Shown here piece after piece: positions 45,322 through 59,370 of a DNA stretch of 64,000 nucleotides. Each line of letters opens with the position of its first letter. The first letter of the stretch is position 1. The position numbers and the translations under genes were made by a program. Below the pieces are notes generated by a model. It did not search any database and was not told where the DNA came from. It saw only the letters and a list, made by a program, of their open reading frames with translations. Source of the DNA: Amphiscolops sp. MND2022 (taxonomy: Eukaryota). The stretch spans positions 34,040,001 to 34,104,000 of the forward strand of contig OZ076409.1 in assembly GCA_964187785.1 (NCBI GenBank), written 5' to 3'.

Positions 45322-48300
45322 TGAGACCTCATTTTTTGGCGACCACAGAGGGATCGCTTCCGATTACTGCCCTATTGTATGGTTTTAAAATTTCCGACCC
45401 CCTGGTATTGGACGCCAAGAACGATTGGACTCTGGAAGGAGACGTTTACCCAGAGTTTTTCCAAATTTTTTAGATGATATGACATTATATTTTGGTATTT
45501 TTCCTGTATTTCGGGGGATTTTCCCGAGTACCTTTGGTATATTTCGATAACAGGTACTTGTTGACAGATATCGTCTAAAATTGCAAGGTTCCCATCAGCG
45601 GGTATCTTTTTTGCAGGTGTAGAGGACCGTAGCACGTGGCTACGGGTGTTTAACAGGTTTTTTGAGCTATTTTCAGCCATTTTATGCCATGCAAGAAGGT
45701 GACTGGTGGATGGTTAGCCACGAGCCAGCGAGGCGGCCGAGGGGTCAAATCGTGTGTTGCCTACTTCCTACTCCCATTTCTCGTGGAGACGTCCTAGAGG
45801 CATGGTTTTTGGTGGACAGCAAGTGCAATAGCAGACGATGCTAATGGTCCAAACCGCGTGTCTCTATCTGGTCTGGATGTGGAGAAAAAGCGTGGTGAAG
45901 ATGTACCCCCTGTGACCAGAAGTGTCGCTCAAATGGCTCATGGTGGGCGAAAATTTTGAAAATGAACCTTTTTCGATGGGGAATTGTTTGGTAAGCCTAG
46001 TTTCCTCTTGTTGCAACTTAGTGTGTGCTTTTGCACCCGTTGTCAGTGAAAAAAGTGCGATTTTTAGTGCAAAAGTCGCAAAAACGTGATTTTTGGCATT
46101 TTTGAGTACTTTTCTTGGTACGAGCGCGAGCGCTCGAAGTATTAGCCATAGCAGTTGCAAAAATGAATAGAAAGCAGCCCAAAACCTGGAGGGTTATGCT
46201 ACATAATGTAACGACAACCAGAAAGGCCGTTGGAGACCTTTTTGAGACACATTTTGCATGAAAAAACCCGGTTTTTGGCGAAATTGGCAAAAAACCACTA
46301 CGAAATGCCACTGGGAGAGTGCTGGATTGTGATGTAATTGCCTCTTCCGTGCTGCTATTAGTTTGGGGCACACTCCACAGTACCGAAAATAGGATTTAAG
46401 AGAGTTTGTAACGTTTTCTTGGTGAGAACAAGTTGAAAAACCTTGAATTTTGGCCAGTTTCAGGAGTGCCAGAGTGCATCATTAAAACCTCTGGGGCACT
46501 CAGTGTTTTCGAGACCTGGGAGCCCGCGCGCTCTCATTTTCTGTTTTTGTAGTAAAAAAAACGCATTGTGGTGAAAACCGCGTGCAAAAATTCCTTTTCA
46601 GTGCTGAGAAAAGTTGAAAAACCTTGATATTTAGTCAGTTTCAGGAGTGTCTGAGTACACAATTAAAACCACATGGGCACTCTGTCTTTTTGTTAGCTAG
46701 GAGCTTCCGCGCTCTAATTTTCTGTTTTTATCATAAAAATAACGCGTGGTGGTGAAAACCGCGTGTAAAAACTCCCATTCAGTGCTGAGAAAAGCGAAAA
46801 AACGCACTGAATTTGATCAATTTTCCACAAGATCGGACTGTCTCTGAGCTAGGGTCGGGTCATCGATTCCTGAACCCTAGCCAAAAAGTGGTTGCATTTT
46901 CGTAACCACCACAAAAATTAACGTTAGTGCCGAAAATTTGGTGGGCGTATCGCTCACCAAAGTCGAGAAAAGCTCTCTGACATTTCGACCTCAGAGAAGC
47001 GTAAAAGGACCGAAAAAATCCAAAACTGCAGGACTGTCAGTGCCTTATACCTAACGGGCACAACCAATTGAGGGTTTATCCCAGTGCTACGGATAGTGGG
47101 GCGACACGTTGGTCCCATTTTGCCCGCCGTATCATTTTCTGAGGTGATCCTCTTGGTCAATTTGTGAAAAAAGTCGTCAAAAACAGTGTTTTTTCGTGTA
47201 CAACGTACATAGTGGGTCGAAACCTCAAATAAGCGCTCGCGCTTCAATTCGACCATATCAGTGGCATTGTAGGTGCCCACTGGCATAAACTACCAAGTTT
47301 GGTGCCGATCTGTGTGATACTTGTTGAGAAAATAGGAAAAACGTGGCACCCAAAAAGGCGTGCAAAAAGGCAGTTTTTTCTTAATTTTTCCAAGTAACCC
47401 GGGCACCTCAGCCGACGGGTGGGGCTATATTGCAGCCCACCATCGTAACCTGTGCTAGTTCCTACGTTGCTGCAGAGAATTTGAGCTTGCTAGCTTTTTC
47501 CAGTGGACCGCAATCTTGAAAAAGACGTGAAAAACCGTGTATTTCGGTACATAGTGGTACCGCACGTCTGTACCTAGGTGAAACTGTGTAGAAGGGGTGC
47601 AGCTCAATTCTGTGTTCATTTTCGTAAACCTACGTGTACCTAAGATCTGCTGGTCAATTTTGGGCTTGATACAGCGCTTCCAGCGCACACACGAGCCTCT
47701 TGAGTGTTGTGGTGCGATTTTTGGAAATTTCAAAAATTGTTCGAATTTCTTCCTGTGGGTGACTGGAGACTTTTTGCCCTAGACCAGGTTGATTTTCGGG
47801 CCCAGTGAGCTTGTGGGAAAGCGCTGTGCAAATTTGAACAGCCTACGAGCCTTAGAACGTGCTTTGAAAAATCTTGGACGTTGAAAAACATCAATTTTCT
47901 TAAGTCCTCACCGAGACGAGCAGAGCGCTAAATCCTTGAGGAGACCCCCTGCAAGCCTACCAGCGTCTGTTTTACTATTCTAACAGCGTGATTGGTGCCT
48001 ACTGACAGCGTCTGCCAAGTTTGGTGTCAATTGGAACTGTATCTGTTGAGAAATTGACTAAAACAAACTGCACAAGAAGGTGCGCAAGAAGGCGAATTCT
48101 ACGAAGTCTGGTGGGATTGCCTGAACACCTTATTCAAAGAGTGGGACCAAATTGCTGCCCACTATCGTAATCAGTGCAAGTTTATCGTATCGTTGCCAAA
48201 AAACGAGCTTGGGAGCTCTTTGCTGTTTGCCGGAATCTGAGTTGACACGTGAAGAACACTGCATTTTGGAACACGGTGATACGGAACGTCAGTATCAGAT

Positions 48301-49169
48301 CTAAATCTTGCCCAGTGGTCTGAATTCTCATTGGTTGTTACTGTAGTGTAGCTGGCTATACTTGTGATCGCGTGACCAATTTTGAGCCAATTTTGCACGT
48401 TTCCAGCACTTGTAAAAGCCATTTGAGTGATTTTCGAAAACAGTTGAAAAATCCAAAAATCGTTGAAAAAGGCTCTAGCGCGAAGCTGGAGGCAATCATC
48501 AGCTACGGAAGGTTATTTTTCTGACTTGTGTGGCTGACAAATTGTGCTGTGTCATTTTGTACCCAGTACGAGTGATAAAACTGAATTTGACTTTGTTCAG
48601 ACACACGTTTTGAACGAAAATCCCGAAAACGCCAGAAAAACTATCAGTGTAAATCCTCAATACTTCCGCTGTACAGGAGGCAGACCCAAAAAGCCTTCAT
48701 TTTCCAACGGAACGGACCCAGTAGACCTTCCTGGGTGCAAACGAGGCAAATCCCACGGTTCAAAAAAATTGCCGGCAGGGGTCATAAATTTTGGACTCCT
48801 CTGGAACTTTGAAATTTGATCCTGAACAGTTCAAGGCAGCAGTTTTAAGTGCCTGCGACGCACTCTGGACTACATTTTCCAACCGAAAATTGCTAGGAGT
48901 TACCTTGAGCAGGGTTTTCGATATCCAAAAGAGACCCTGAGTGTTCCGACTTAGCCAAAATCACAAAATTTTGGGAGGAGCAACTTCCTAGTGACGAAAA
49001 ATTTGACCGGATTGCCCGAGTGTGACACCTTTTTGAACACTCTGGTGCCTCATTTTGGTGTTATTTCGCTGTATCGAGTAGCACCAACGCCGAATATTAC
49101 GCCAAATTTGCAGAGAACTCTTTTGGGCAATTGCAAAATACCCAAATCTCTCGAGGTTGAGAGGCGAAG

Positions 49170-52100
49170 TTGCTACCGAGTTTGCTGAAAGACTCCTTTG
49201 AGCCACATCCTGCTACATCTAACGCTGGAATGAAACCTTCGGAACAATTCCAACGCCTCTGCTTCTTTTTGAAGGGGGGAGAGGGGACCAGCGCAGCACA
49301 ACCAATCGATGAACCGGCCTCGATATCTTTGAACAACGCAACCATGGGCATTGCTCACACGTCGCCTAGGGATCGAGGCGGGTTGCTCGAGAGCAATCAT
49401 GGTACTGATGACCCAAAAGATGAATTGATATCTCCCGAACAGTTGAAATTCACGGAGGCGATATCCAAAACTATAACTAATGCGTTGGCTCCCTTGATTG
49501 CCAATCGTGATCAAACCGCTGTTCGACCAACCTTATACAGAGGTTCGAAAGACGGGACTGTTGAAGAGTGGTTGCTCGTGATGAAACGGTATTTGGAGCG
49601 AGTTTATTCCAATGCTTCACCTGACGACAAGGCCTGGGCGATAATCGATCACTTAGGTGATGAAGCTCGGAGTTTTATAATCAACAAACCGGAGTCCGAA
49701 CGGGATTCTCACGAGAAGGTGACTACCTTGCTCTCCAGCAGATTTGGGTCTGGGAGTAACCGCTGGCCAGTGAGGCAGGCTTTCAGGCTGCGGAATCAGC
49801 TTGAGAAAGAGGGCCTGATGCAGTATCTAGATGCATTAGAGGGTCTGAGGAGTCAGGGTTTTCCTGATGAGCCTATCACAACCCGACGCTATGAAATCTT
49901 GCATCGGTTCATGGATGGGGTCAGCGATTCCGTGTTGCAACGAGAACTGACGGTAGTGTTTGCGACTGAGGCGTATCTAGCCGACCCACCTACCGTGGAA
50001 TCACTTCGGTTCACTGTACAGGAACTCCAAAGGAGTCGTCACCAACAACAGCCTCGTGACCCAGGGTGCACCGAGACTGTACCTTATCAGTATCTACAGA
50101 GCGACCAAGTGCCGGGGTCACCAGTGGCTCCGCAGTATGAATCGCTGCCGGCCCTTGCATGCCGGTCGGTGCGATTGCCGATGCCGGCTGCGTCAGTACA
50201 CACAACCCCTGAATACAGACAGACCGCAACCTTAGAGCAATCCGCGCGCTGCTTGCAGAGTGCTTGCGCGAGACGCAAGTTGGTGGTGCATCGCCCGGAG
50301 CATATTCTTGACCCACATAGTGAGCCCCAGCAAGGTGCTGCAGCAGCGATTCCAGCGCCTGCTGTCCCAGTGAAATCGTGCACAACTGAGGTGTCTCCAG
50401 GTTGTCCAACATTATCAATCCAGTCAGAAACTTCCAGCCCTAGGGCTGAAGAAAAGAAGAAAACGGATGCAACGCAAACCCTGTCTACTGCCTCTGGCAG
50501 GGTATTAATGCTACGTCCAGCTGACCAAGCCACCGTAAATGCTCCATTGACTGTCACCTTTGGCACAAAGCAGGTGCAGACAGGTTTGGAGTCCACAACG
50601 TTTGACCCTGGTGGCCGGACTTTATTGTCTGTACACCTAGTGCTGGCATCGGAGCAACAAATACGCCCAGATTTGACTTTGGAAAAATTGAAGCTGGAGT
50701 TAGCTAGCAATTCGGCTGTCAAAAAGATCTCCTTACCACTGCCAAAAGAATGGTATACTGAAGGCGAAGCTAGTACGTGCACGGCATACACCCCAGTTCC
50801 TGTGCATGCCAACATAGATGGCGTGGACATGAAATTTGATGCCAGCGTGGTAGTAGATGTGTTCCCTCAAGGAGTGTGTCTAGGGCCACATGAATTACGC
50901 TGCTACAGCATCAGCAAGCAGGAGCCCACGGGTGAGGCCCGCATAGATGAGCGTGCGTCGCTCGTTGTATCTTTTGCAGTGCCAGATGCCAGCCCTATTC
51001 CACTGAGAGGAATGGTCGACACGGGGTCAGGCGTATCAATCATGAGTTTCTCAGCCTTCAACCGTGTAGCCTTGCGGACAGGTGTAACGCTACAACCTTA
51101 CCGAATCGACTTGTATGCTGCTAATGGGAAGACGATGAAAACTTTTGGAATAGCGGAGCGTGTGCGCTTCCAACTTGGTGGATATGAACTCGAAACAAAT
51201 TTCGTGGTCGTTGATGACGCACATGGCTTGGAAGATTTCTTGCTGGGTAGGAATTTTCTGCGAACATACAACGTGCTGGTAGATCTGACCTCCATGAAAC
51301 TTGTGGTGCGAGCACCGGCTAAGCCTGTGTGGCATCACGCACACACCCAGACGAGTGACGAAGCCTTATCCAGCGCGGTAGTTTTGGATCAAGACGTAGT
51401 GCTCCAGCCGTTTGAACGTGCTGTTTTACGAGCTAAGTTGGTCACTTCGAACTTGGAAGCTTTTGCTTTCAGTAATGTTGTGATTAACTTTGCAACACCG
51501 AACCGATTGCTGAAGAACACTATATTTGTGGAAGACACTATAGCCACTGTTGGAGAGACAGGTTCGTTCTATGTCTCTGTTGGCAATCTGACAAGCAATG
51601 CCCAGAAAGTGAAGTGCGGCACCATGCTTGGTACTGCTGCACCAGTACGCCTAGTCTACCATGCAGTTCCCCAAAGTGTGCTAGCGCATAAAGGCGAGAG
51701 TGACGAAAAATCGGACTCCCCAAATGAGTTCGTCAACAGGGTCTATTCTGAAATGGACCTGAACTCGCATTCAAGATGTTCGTCGTCGTCGGAGTTCGAG
51801 TTTCTCTCCTCTACAGACCCATCGGAGGAGGGGTTGTCAGAGCGCGAGCTCAGAAAGCGCACTGACCCTGATCTCTTGGCCCCTATTCCTGGACCCGAAT
51901 CTCAGTTAGAGGAGGTACAAAAGTTGTGGGGGAAGACTGCCCGCGACTCGCTGAACAACATCCTTACGGAATTTGATGACCTATTCATGAAGCACAAAGC
52001 AGACATTGGTCGCTGCACAATAGCCAAGCATCCTGTTGAGTTGGAGCCTGGGGCTGTACAGCATCGTGAAGGTGCTCGTAGAATGTCTCCTGACAAGGCG

Positions 52101-55100
52101 GAGCGTGCCAATCAGGAGGTACGCATTCTCCTGGCTTTGGGCATGATCCAACCTTCGCTATCACCTTGGGCGAGTGGGATTGTGATGGTAAAAAAGAAAA
52201 ATGGGGAGTTGCGATTCTGCTGCGACTTTCGCCCCCTCAACGCTGTCACAATAAAGGACGCGTATCCCCTCCCACGCATCGATGAAAGCCTTTCACGCTT
52301 GGGTAAGGCCAAGATTTACACCAGTATTGATTTGGCCTGGGCTTTCTGGCAGATACCAGTCCGCAAAGCAGATAGGCAGAAAACGGCCTTTGCCTGCGAG
52401 CTGGGTTTGTTTGAGTGGAGACGTATGCCCTTTGGGATGTGTAACGCTTCAGCTACTTTCCAGCGAGCTATAGCGCGAGCGCTACGGAAAATTGTGAACC
52501 GTGAAGGAAGCATGGTGATGGCGTACATTGACGACATCGTCATTGCTACCGAGACAGTCGAGGACCACATGGTACGCTTGCGCGAGGTATTTGAATGTCT
52601 GCGCGAAGCTGGCTTCAAAATGAGAGTCGCTAAGTGCGACTTTATGAAGTCGGAAATCAAGTACCTGGGACGTGTGGTCTCTGCCGAAGGTATCAAACCT
52701 GATCCTAAAGCAGTGGTAAAACTACGCGATTGGGAAGTACCGAGGAACAAAACGGAGATGCAAAGTTTTTTGGGCTTCGCCAACTATTATCGAGAGTTTA
52801 TTCCTTGGCACGCCAAGCTTGTGGCCCCCTTGAATGCTATTACCGGCCTGGGCGCAACTTTCGCCTGGGGGGATGAGCAGCAACAGGCTTTCAACGCCGT
52901 CAAATTGGCTTTGATTGAGGCAACTGCCTTGGCGCAACCGGACTCGGTGGGCGAATTTGTGCTGGACACTGATGCCAGTGCTGTTGCAATTTCCGGCATT
53001 TTGCATCAGTGGCAGGGTCCTCCGGGCGAAAAGCGCCTGAGACCAATTGTGTATGGTAGCAAGAAGTTGAATGCCACTCAAGCGAAGTATGGCGCTCCCA
53101 AGCTTGAAATGTACGCAGCTTATTATTTCATCTTGAAGAATCACAGTTATCTCTGCTCCAGAAAGTTTACCCTTCGGGTTGACAATCAAGCTCTCTCTTG
53201 GCTCAAAACGTATTCCACTGATCAGGCCTTGATTGGACGATGGATTATGGCACTCGAGAAGTACCATTTCAAAGTTGAGCATCGTCCCAGAACACAGCAT
53301 AGGAATGCCGATGGCCTCAGTAAACGAACCAATGATTATCGGTGGCGAGAGAAGCAGCTCGAGAAGCTGCCAGCTGTGACAGACAAATGGAATTTCCTCT
53401 CACAGGAGGAGTTTGACCAGCTGCCCGTTGCACCCTGGTTCGATTTGCATGGTCGGGTGATACCCAATCACCCCCAATTGCCCGCTCACTTGCGGAACAC
53501 TAAACCAGACCCCACAAATGCAGTTTGTCGTGTTGCACGACGGCGTAAGCGCCGTCAGGCCGCTGAGAAAAGGGAGAGGGCGCTACGCGCTCCTCTACCT
53601 GAGGCACCAGTGCCTACATTGCAAACTCACGAAGACTTCTATCCAGATTATCCTGAGGACTGGATTGACGTCACTGAAGAGGCTAGGCAAGATTACTTGC
53701 TGCCTACACATGTGGCAAATATCCCCTCACGCATGACATATGCCCTTGACGAAACAGTGGAGCAAGCCATGGCTTCCGCTCCAACGGTGGTTAGGCAAGC
53801 TGCCCTAGCCATCAAAGACATAGACACGGAACTTCATGAACATGCCAACACGGTGCATGGCATCAAGGATCTGCTTTTGGCGCAGAATCGTGATGTGCAT
53901 GTTCTAGCCATAAAGAAGTTGGTGGCACAAGAGTCTATTGATCATGACATTTTTCCTGAAGACGTGCGTGCGTTCGCACGTAACTATTACAAGCAGAAAA
54001 AAGATCTTCTGTTTGTAAACAAAAATGGAATTCTTTGTGTTAAGTATCCACCTCAGCAACGTCCATTGCACGAACGTCCGTGCATGATTGTAATGCCACA
54101 ATTGTACCAGCATGAAATTTTGTTTCGTGCTCACGATGCCATGGTCACCAAGGCATTGCAAAGGTGGTTTCGCGAATCCAAGAACGCCACACCTGGCCAG
54201 GTATTCGCCGCAGCGTTGGTCAGTACGTGAGTCAGTGCCTCACGTGCCAGCAAGTACGTGACAGGCCGGGTGACGTTCGGTTTCACTTGAAAAATATCCA
54301 AAGTGGGTATTTCAATGAGTTGGTCCAGTATGACCATCTGAAAATATGCCCCTCCGATAACAATAACACCGGCATATTGGTAATAATTGACCATTTCTCC
54401 AAGTTTGCGGAGGCTGTACCCTGCAGCCATGAGGATTACGATGCAGTGACCACGTCTAGGTTGCTTTTGCAGAAATGGTTTGCCAGACACGGCACGCCTA
54501 CGCGGATGCAATCAGACAATGCCCCCAACTTGACCGCAGAGGTATCCAATGAGTTCATGAGGGCATCTCAGGTCACAAAAGTTACCTCTACGGCGGGTCA
54601 TCCGCGCACCCAAGGCCTGGTGGAACGACAAAATCGGACTTTGCTGACTTTGTTGCGGGTATTCTGCTCGCGTCGCATGAGAGATTGGGACCAGCATTTG
54701 GATGAAGTCATGGGAGCGTATAACTCAACGCGCCACGCCACGACTGGGTTTTCACCCTACATGCTGACCCGAGGGACCGAAAAGGCTATTCCTCTCACCT
54801 ATCTGTATCCGGAGTTCGCAGCCAGATCATTTGAATCGCATGGAGCTTATGTGGAGCATATTCTTGCTCGTCAGCAAGAAATTCATGACTTGGTGCGTAG
54901 AAACACGCATCAGGCGCAACAACGTCAAAAGATAAAGTACGATCGAGCTATTCGTGCAAACGCATACAATGTGGGAGACCCCGTTTGGGTATTCTGCCGC
55001 TATGTACCTCAAAAAGGATCACCGAAGTTGATGAGAGCTTGGCGTGGTCCGCACAAGGTTGTCCATGTACTACAAGATGGTCGCGTGTATATCCTGGACT

Positions 55101-57481
55101 CAGGACAAAAAGTGCACTTTGAGCGTCTGAAACCTCATCATGGTGGCCCTACGGAGTTTGCTGCGCTTCCCTCGGGGAGTGGCGAAGTGGTCGTTGTCAT
55201 GGATCCTGAGCCGGAGCACTCTGCTGAGGAGATCCGAGATGACTGCTCACAACCCTCATATCGCGAGGAAGAACCGCTCTCTGAAGCATCAGATGTATCG
55301 CTACCATCAAGGAGACGCCACTGGATGGACACCAGGTTGCGTACTAGAATGCGAGCTGGAGGCAGTCGTCTCCACTATCAGCAATTTGATTATTCCAGTT
55401 CCGACCCAGAGCGTTCGCGCTCTGACGACTTGCTGTCAGATGCCCGAGATCATTCCCAGGCAGAACCTTCGGCGCTATTCGAAGCCTCAATGCCTCCCGA
55501 TGAACAACCTCGGTCATTTGAACCTGCCAATGACTACGAGTTTCCAGTTTTATCCGAATCTGAAGCTATTCCGGAAGTACCGCAATCGCAAGATATTCCC
55601 GTTGCAACTGGAGAAGCCGAATTATCACTAGCGGGTACATCTGCTCCTCTGTTGACAAATCCTACATTGACGGATGTGCCTATTAGTATTCCCCAATTGC
55701 CGAATGGTACCTCCAACCTCCAAAACACTGAAACCCGTGACACCGAGTTATCCAACACCAACGAGCCAACTGCTCGGAACAATGTCCCTAGCACGCGCGG
55801 CAGGGGCAGATCGCGAGCTGCTCTATCTCGTTGTTCGACACGAGCAACAAATTCCCGGTCGCAGAACGTGAGCGTGCGCGCTCAAAGGACTCCCAGTCGC
55901 AGAGGACGTCCTCGAGGACGACCTCCTCGGAGGCCACGAGGACACACTATTTCTTCACGGCAAACAGCTCGTGAAAATGACACACAGCCATCAATTACAT
56001 CCGATTCTGACTCTGATGCGCCCACCGCGCAGCTTACATCCGATGTTGACCAAGGCGCAACGCAGGTTAACCCACACTATGGCTTACGCCGGAATCGAGT
56101 ACCTCGATATCGATGTGGAACCTGTGGGCTTCGCGATTGCACTTGTGTCATGGCTCTGAACAGATCGCCCACTATCCCACTTGGACCTGTGAAAGCTCCG
56201 GTGGATCCGAAGCCTCAACCTCTTATCCACAATGGTAAACTTCTTGTCAGTCGCGTTGTCATCCGCGCAGAGAAGACATACACCGGACTAGAAAGAGAAC
56301 GTATCTTCCCTGTAGACGTCGTGCTGGAAGAATTATCTAAATCCAAGATTGCTGAGGAACCTTGTCCTCGCTTCAAAGAGTGGACAAGCGATCTCCGCGG
56401 ATTGGAATTCACGCTTCCCGTCACAGTGCCTCCTGTCACTCCTAACATTGTATTTGGACCTTTCAATTATGAGAGGGAACCCATCCAAATGGTCCGCTGT
56501 ATCACCGCTGACCTCCTATCTGACAAATACGGCATCACCTGTCAGCCTGGTGAAGTGTATCGCCCAGCCCAATTTTGGTGGTTGCTTGTAACTGCCCCAC
56601 ATGCTCACTCTTTGGTACAGCCTGACAGCTTGCGGAGCTGTCTAGAAAGTTTGCGGACTGTTGTCACAGAGGAACTCATTTTGTGCTTCCACATCGTTGA
56701 TCTTTATCGTGGAAAACTACGGTTCCGATGGTGGCTAGAGCTGATTATCACTTTGTTCGCTAGCTTCCCTCGTATCCGCCTTTTGGATGATTGGACCCAT
56801 TCCTTCACCGAGCCTGTAACGATCCACACTGCACTTGGTACCCTGGATTCATGGTCAACAGCAAATGTGGATAATCAGTCTCTGTCGAGGTCCGTATGGC
56901 AGGATCTATCTGCTATTCGTGGACAGAACCATATAGACCCAGCTGATGAAAAAGGTCCCGGACGTCAGATTGTTTTTCCTGGTGCCCTACGACCAAATTT
57001 GGTCGACTACATTATTTACGACCAAACTGATTTCTTGCAGGTGCAGGGCCACGTGGCAATTTGCTGCCCTGCAGACCTTAATACCAATTCTGCTGCCTTG
57101 CGCTACGTTCTTCGCGAGTGTGGCAGCGACAAAATAGTCCAACTTCGCCCAACAGTTGGTGAAGTCCTCACTATCCCATCCTCATTATCTTTTATGGATA
57201 ATCAAGTTATTCACCTAATGATAACACGCCCCTCCCAGCGTTCACCACAAATCACCGATGACTTTGTCTTATGCTTGGAGCACTTGAAAGCTTCATTATT
57301 GTCCAACGAAACCCCTGATATTCATTTCCCCATAGTTGACCCTGAACGCCCACTTCGCAGTTTGGACAACTTTTATCATAGTGTCATGGACGTTTTTGCA
57401 GGAACTGATATCACTGTATTTCTGCATGATCGCGTCTATGTCTCCATTGCCAGTATTGAACAATTTCCTGGCATCACTTAG
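49170..57481 (+). pseudogene. gag-pol: Gag-Pol split by a 1-bp deletion at ~54145 into 49170-54230 and 54164-57481
   Basis: ATGGTCACCAAGG here vs ATGGGCCACCAAGG in the other units. Could be a sequencing error. Confidence 0.8.
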
Positions 57482-58597
57482 CTTCAACGTAAACTTTTGT
57501 TTGGTTAATTTTCTATTTGCTATCCTGATATCTCATGCTTGATATGCGTTGCTTGTTACCTTGTGGTAGCGTGCGTTGAAATCCATTGCCAGAACCACAC
57601 TCCACTTCTTTTCAAGGGGGGAAGGGGTGTCTTCAACGCCCAATCCATCCTCTCGCATTTTCTTCGCATTCTTTGTTAGTCATTGCTATCTTAATATTAA
57701 TGAAGGTGCTCAACGATTAAAGCCCGGGGAGCCCCAGTGCAATAAATAACCCAAAAACTCTACATGTATTGCTACGCCCAAAAGGTGCTATTTTTGTTTC
57801 TTTTCCAAGATTTCCAGAAGTTTCCTCCAGATTCCAACGTGATATCCGGAAAAATAAGGAGCGCGCGCGTTCCTGATCTGCAAATGGCAAGATTTGATCT
57901 ACCTTTGTCTGCTTTACTCCAGTGCTTACTCTTACGAGCAGTTCGTAGTTTGCTTCTGATGCGCTCCTTGACAAATGCTATTGAACTCTATACAGGTATG
58001 GAGCTGCATATCAGTGCGTGTTGCCCAAACCAAGCCGAACTTTAAAAAAAATATATTAAAGAAACAGCTTGTCTTCCTTTTAAAGAGTGGTTTTTCTGCT
58101 GAAAAGAAGTTTTAGCGAAAAGAACTTTTAACTGTGCTGCAAACTGAAATTTTATTGCCGTGGAAAAGATGTTTTGCTGAGAACCACGTGCGCTTTGGAG
58201 CGTGAGCGCTCCGTAAAAGAAATTTTAGACGTCCAAAAACCAAAGTGCTAGCAGGATCCTAATCAGACTTTTGCAGAAAACTCGTGCTAAAAAAGTGGTG
58301 CTTTTTTGATTGATGTATGGAATCTTGGATTTGATTAATTTCAAGGTGCATTTTTGAGTACTGGTTTTCTAGCTCTCGAGCTAGCTCTGTTTCAACAGTT
58401 TCTGGACGATGCAGGTTCTCTGGATGGCTAGAAGCAAGACCTCATGGTTGCCCAATCAGCAAAAGATGACAGTGCCACTGGACCGTTGCAACATCACCAG
58501 TTTGAGACCCCCGTGGATTGCACTCGTGATGTGGCGATGTATTCAATGCCAGCCTCTCCGCATGACGGGGACGTCATGCATAAAGCCCGGGGAGTGA

Positions 58598-59370
58598 TGT
58601 AACGGCAAGCTCTGGTACAGCAATATCAACCGATTTTGCAACTTTGACATGTTCAGAAATTTTGTCAAAAATTCTAATCCGATGTGTGACGTGGCACTGA
58701 GCATGTGATTGCTCTTTTCGCTGTTTCCACGAAATTGGCAGGTACTTCGACAACAAAGAGCAAGAACGAGCAAAAATACGGGCGCGCCGCCATGACAGAA
58801 GCCAGAGACGGCAAGAACATCCGAAAATAGACTCTTTTTGAGGTGCTAACACCGGTTTTATCGATTTTCAGCATTATGCTACCTTATGTAGCGGAAACCG
58901 TAAAAATGAGTCTTTTCGCCTAAAGATCCTTGTTTGGTGCTTGGAGCCCCTGCGCCCCAGCTTTTTAGCTGTGTGGTTTGCCATATTCGTGCCTGTTTTC
59001 ATGTATTTTCAGTGATTTTGGCTGTATTCAGTAGCGCTAGCGCTAGTTTAGATCTTATTCCCCAATTTTAGATCTTATTCACATGTCACCCTGGAACTGG
59101 AAATTTACCTTATTCTTGGCATTGTTTTTATATGCTAGTTAAGCGGTGGTCTTTAGAGAGTCAGAAAGATGCCCGTTACTATTAGCAATCAAAGACTAGG
59201 ACCGGTTGGACAGTATTCGTCGAAGCACCCGCGGCCCCGGGACGTATTTCACCCCTGGAGGCAAAATGGATCTGTGGCGATGGGCGCCTGTCCCGAGCGA
59301 ATCACCCATTCCTGCAGGTTTCTCCACCTCTGTTAACGTGTTAAGCGACCGATAACTGCTTGCCGTTACA
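58598..59370 (+). repeat. LTR5 (773 bp), shared by units 4 and 5
   Basis: Same termini; PPT before, PBS after. Confidence 0.9.

Larger units (their letters stand above)
44549..59370 (+). mobile_element. Ty3/Gypsy LTR retrotransposon, unit 4 (frameshift in integrase zinc finger)
   Basis: Same structure as unit 1. Confidence 0.95.
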
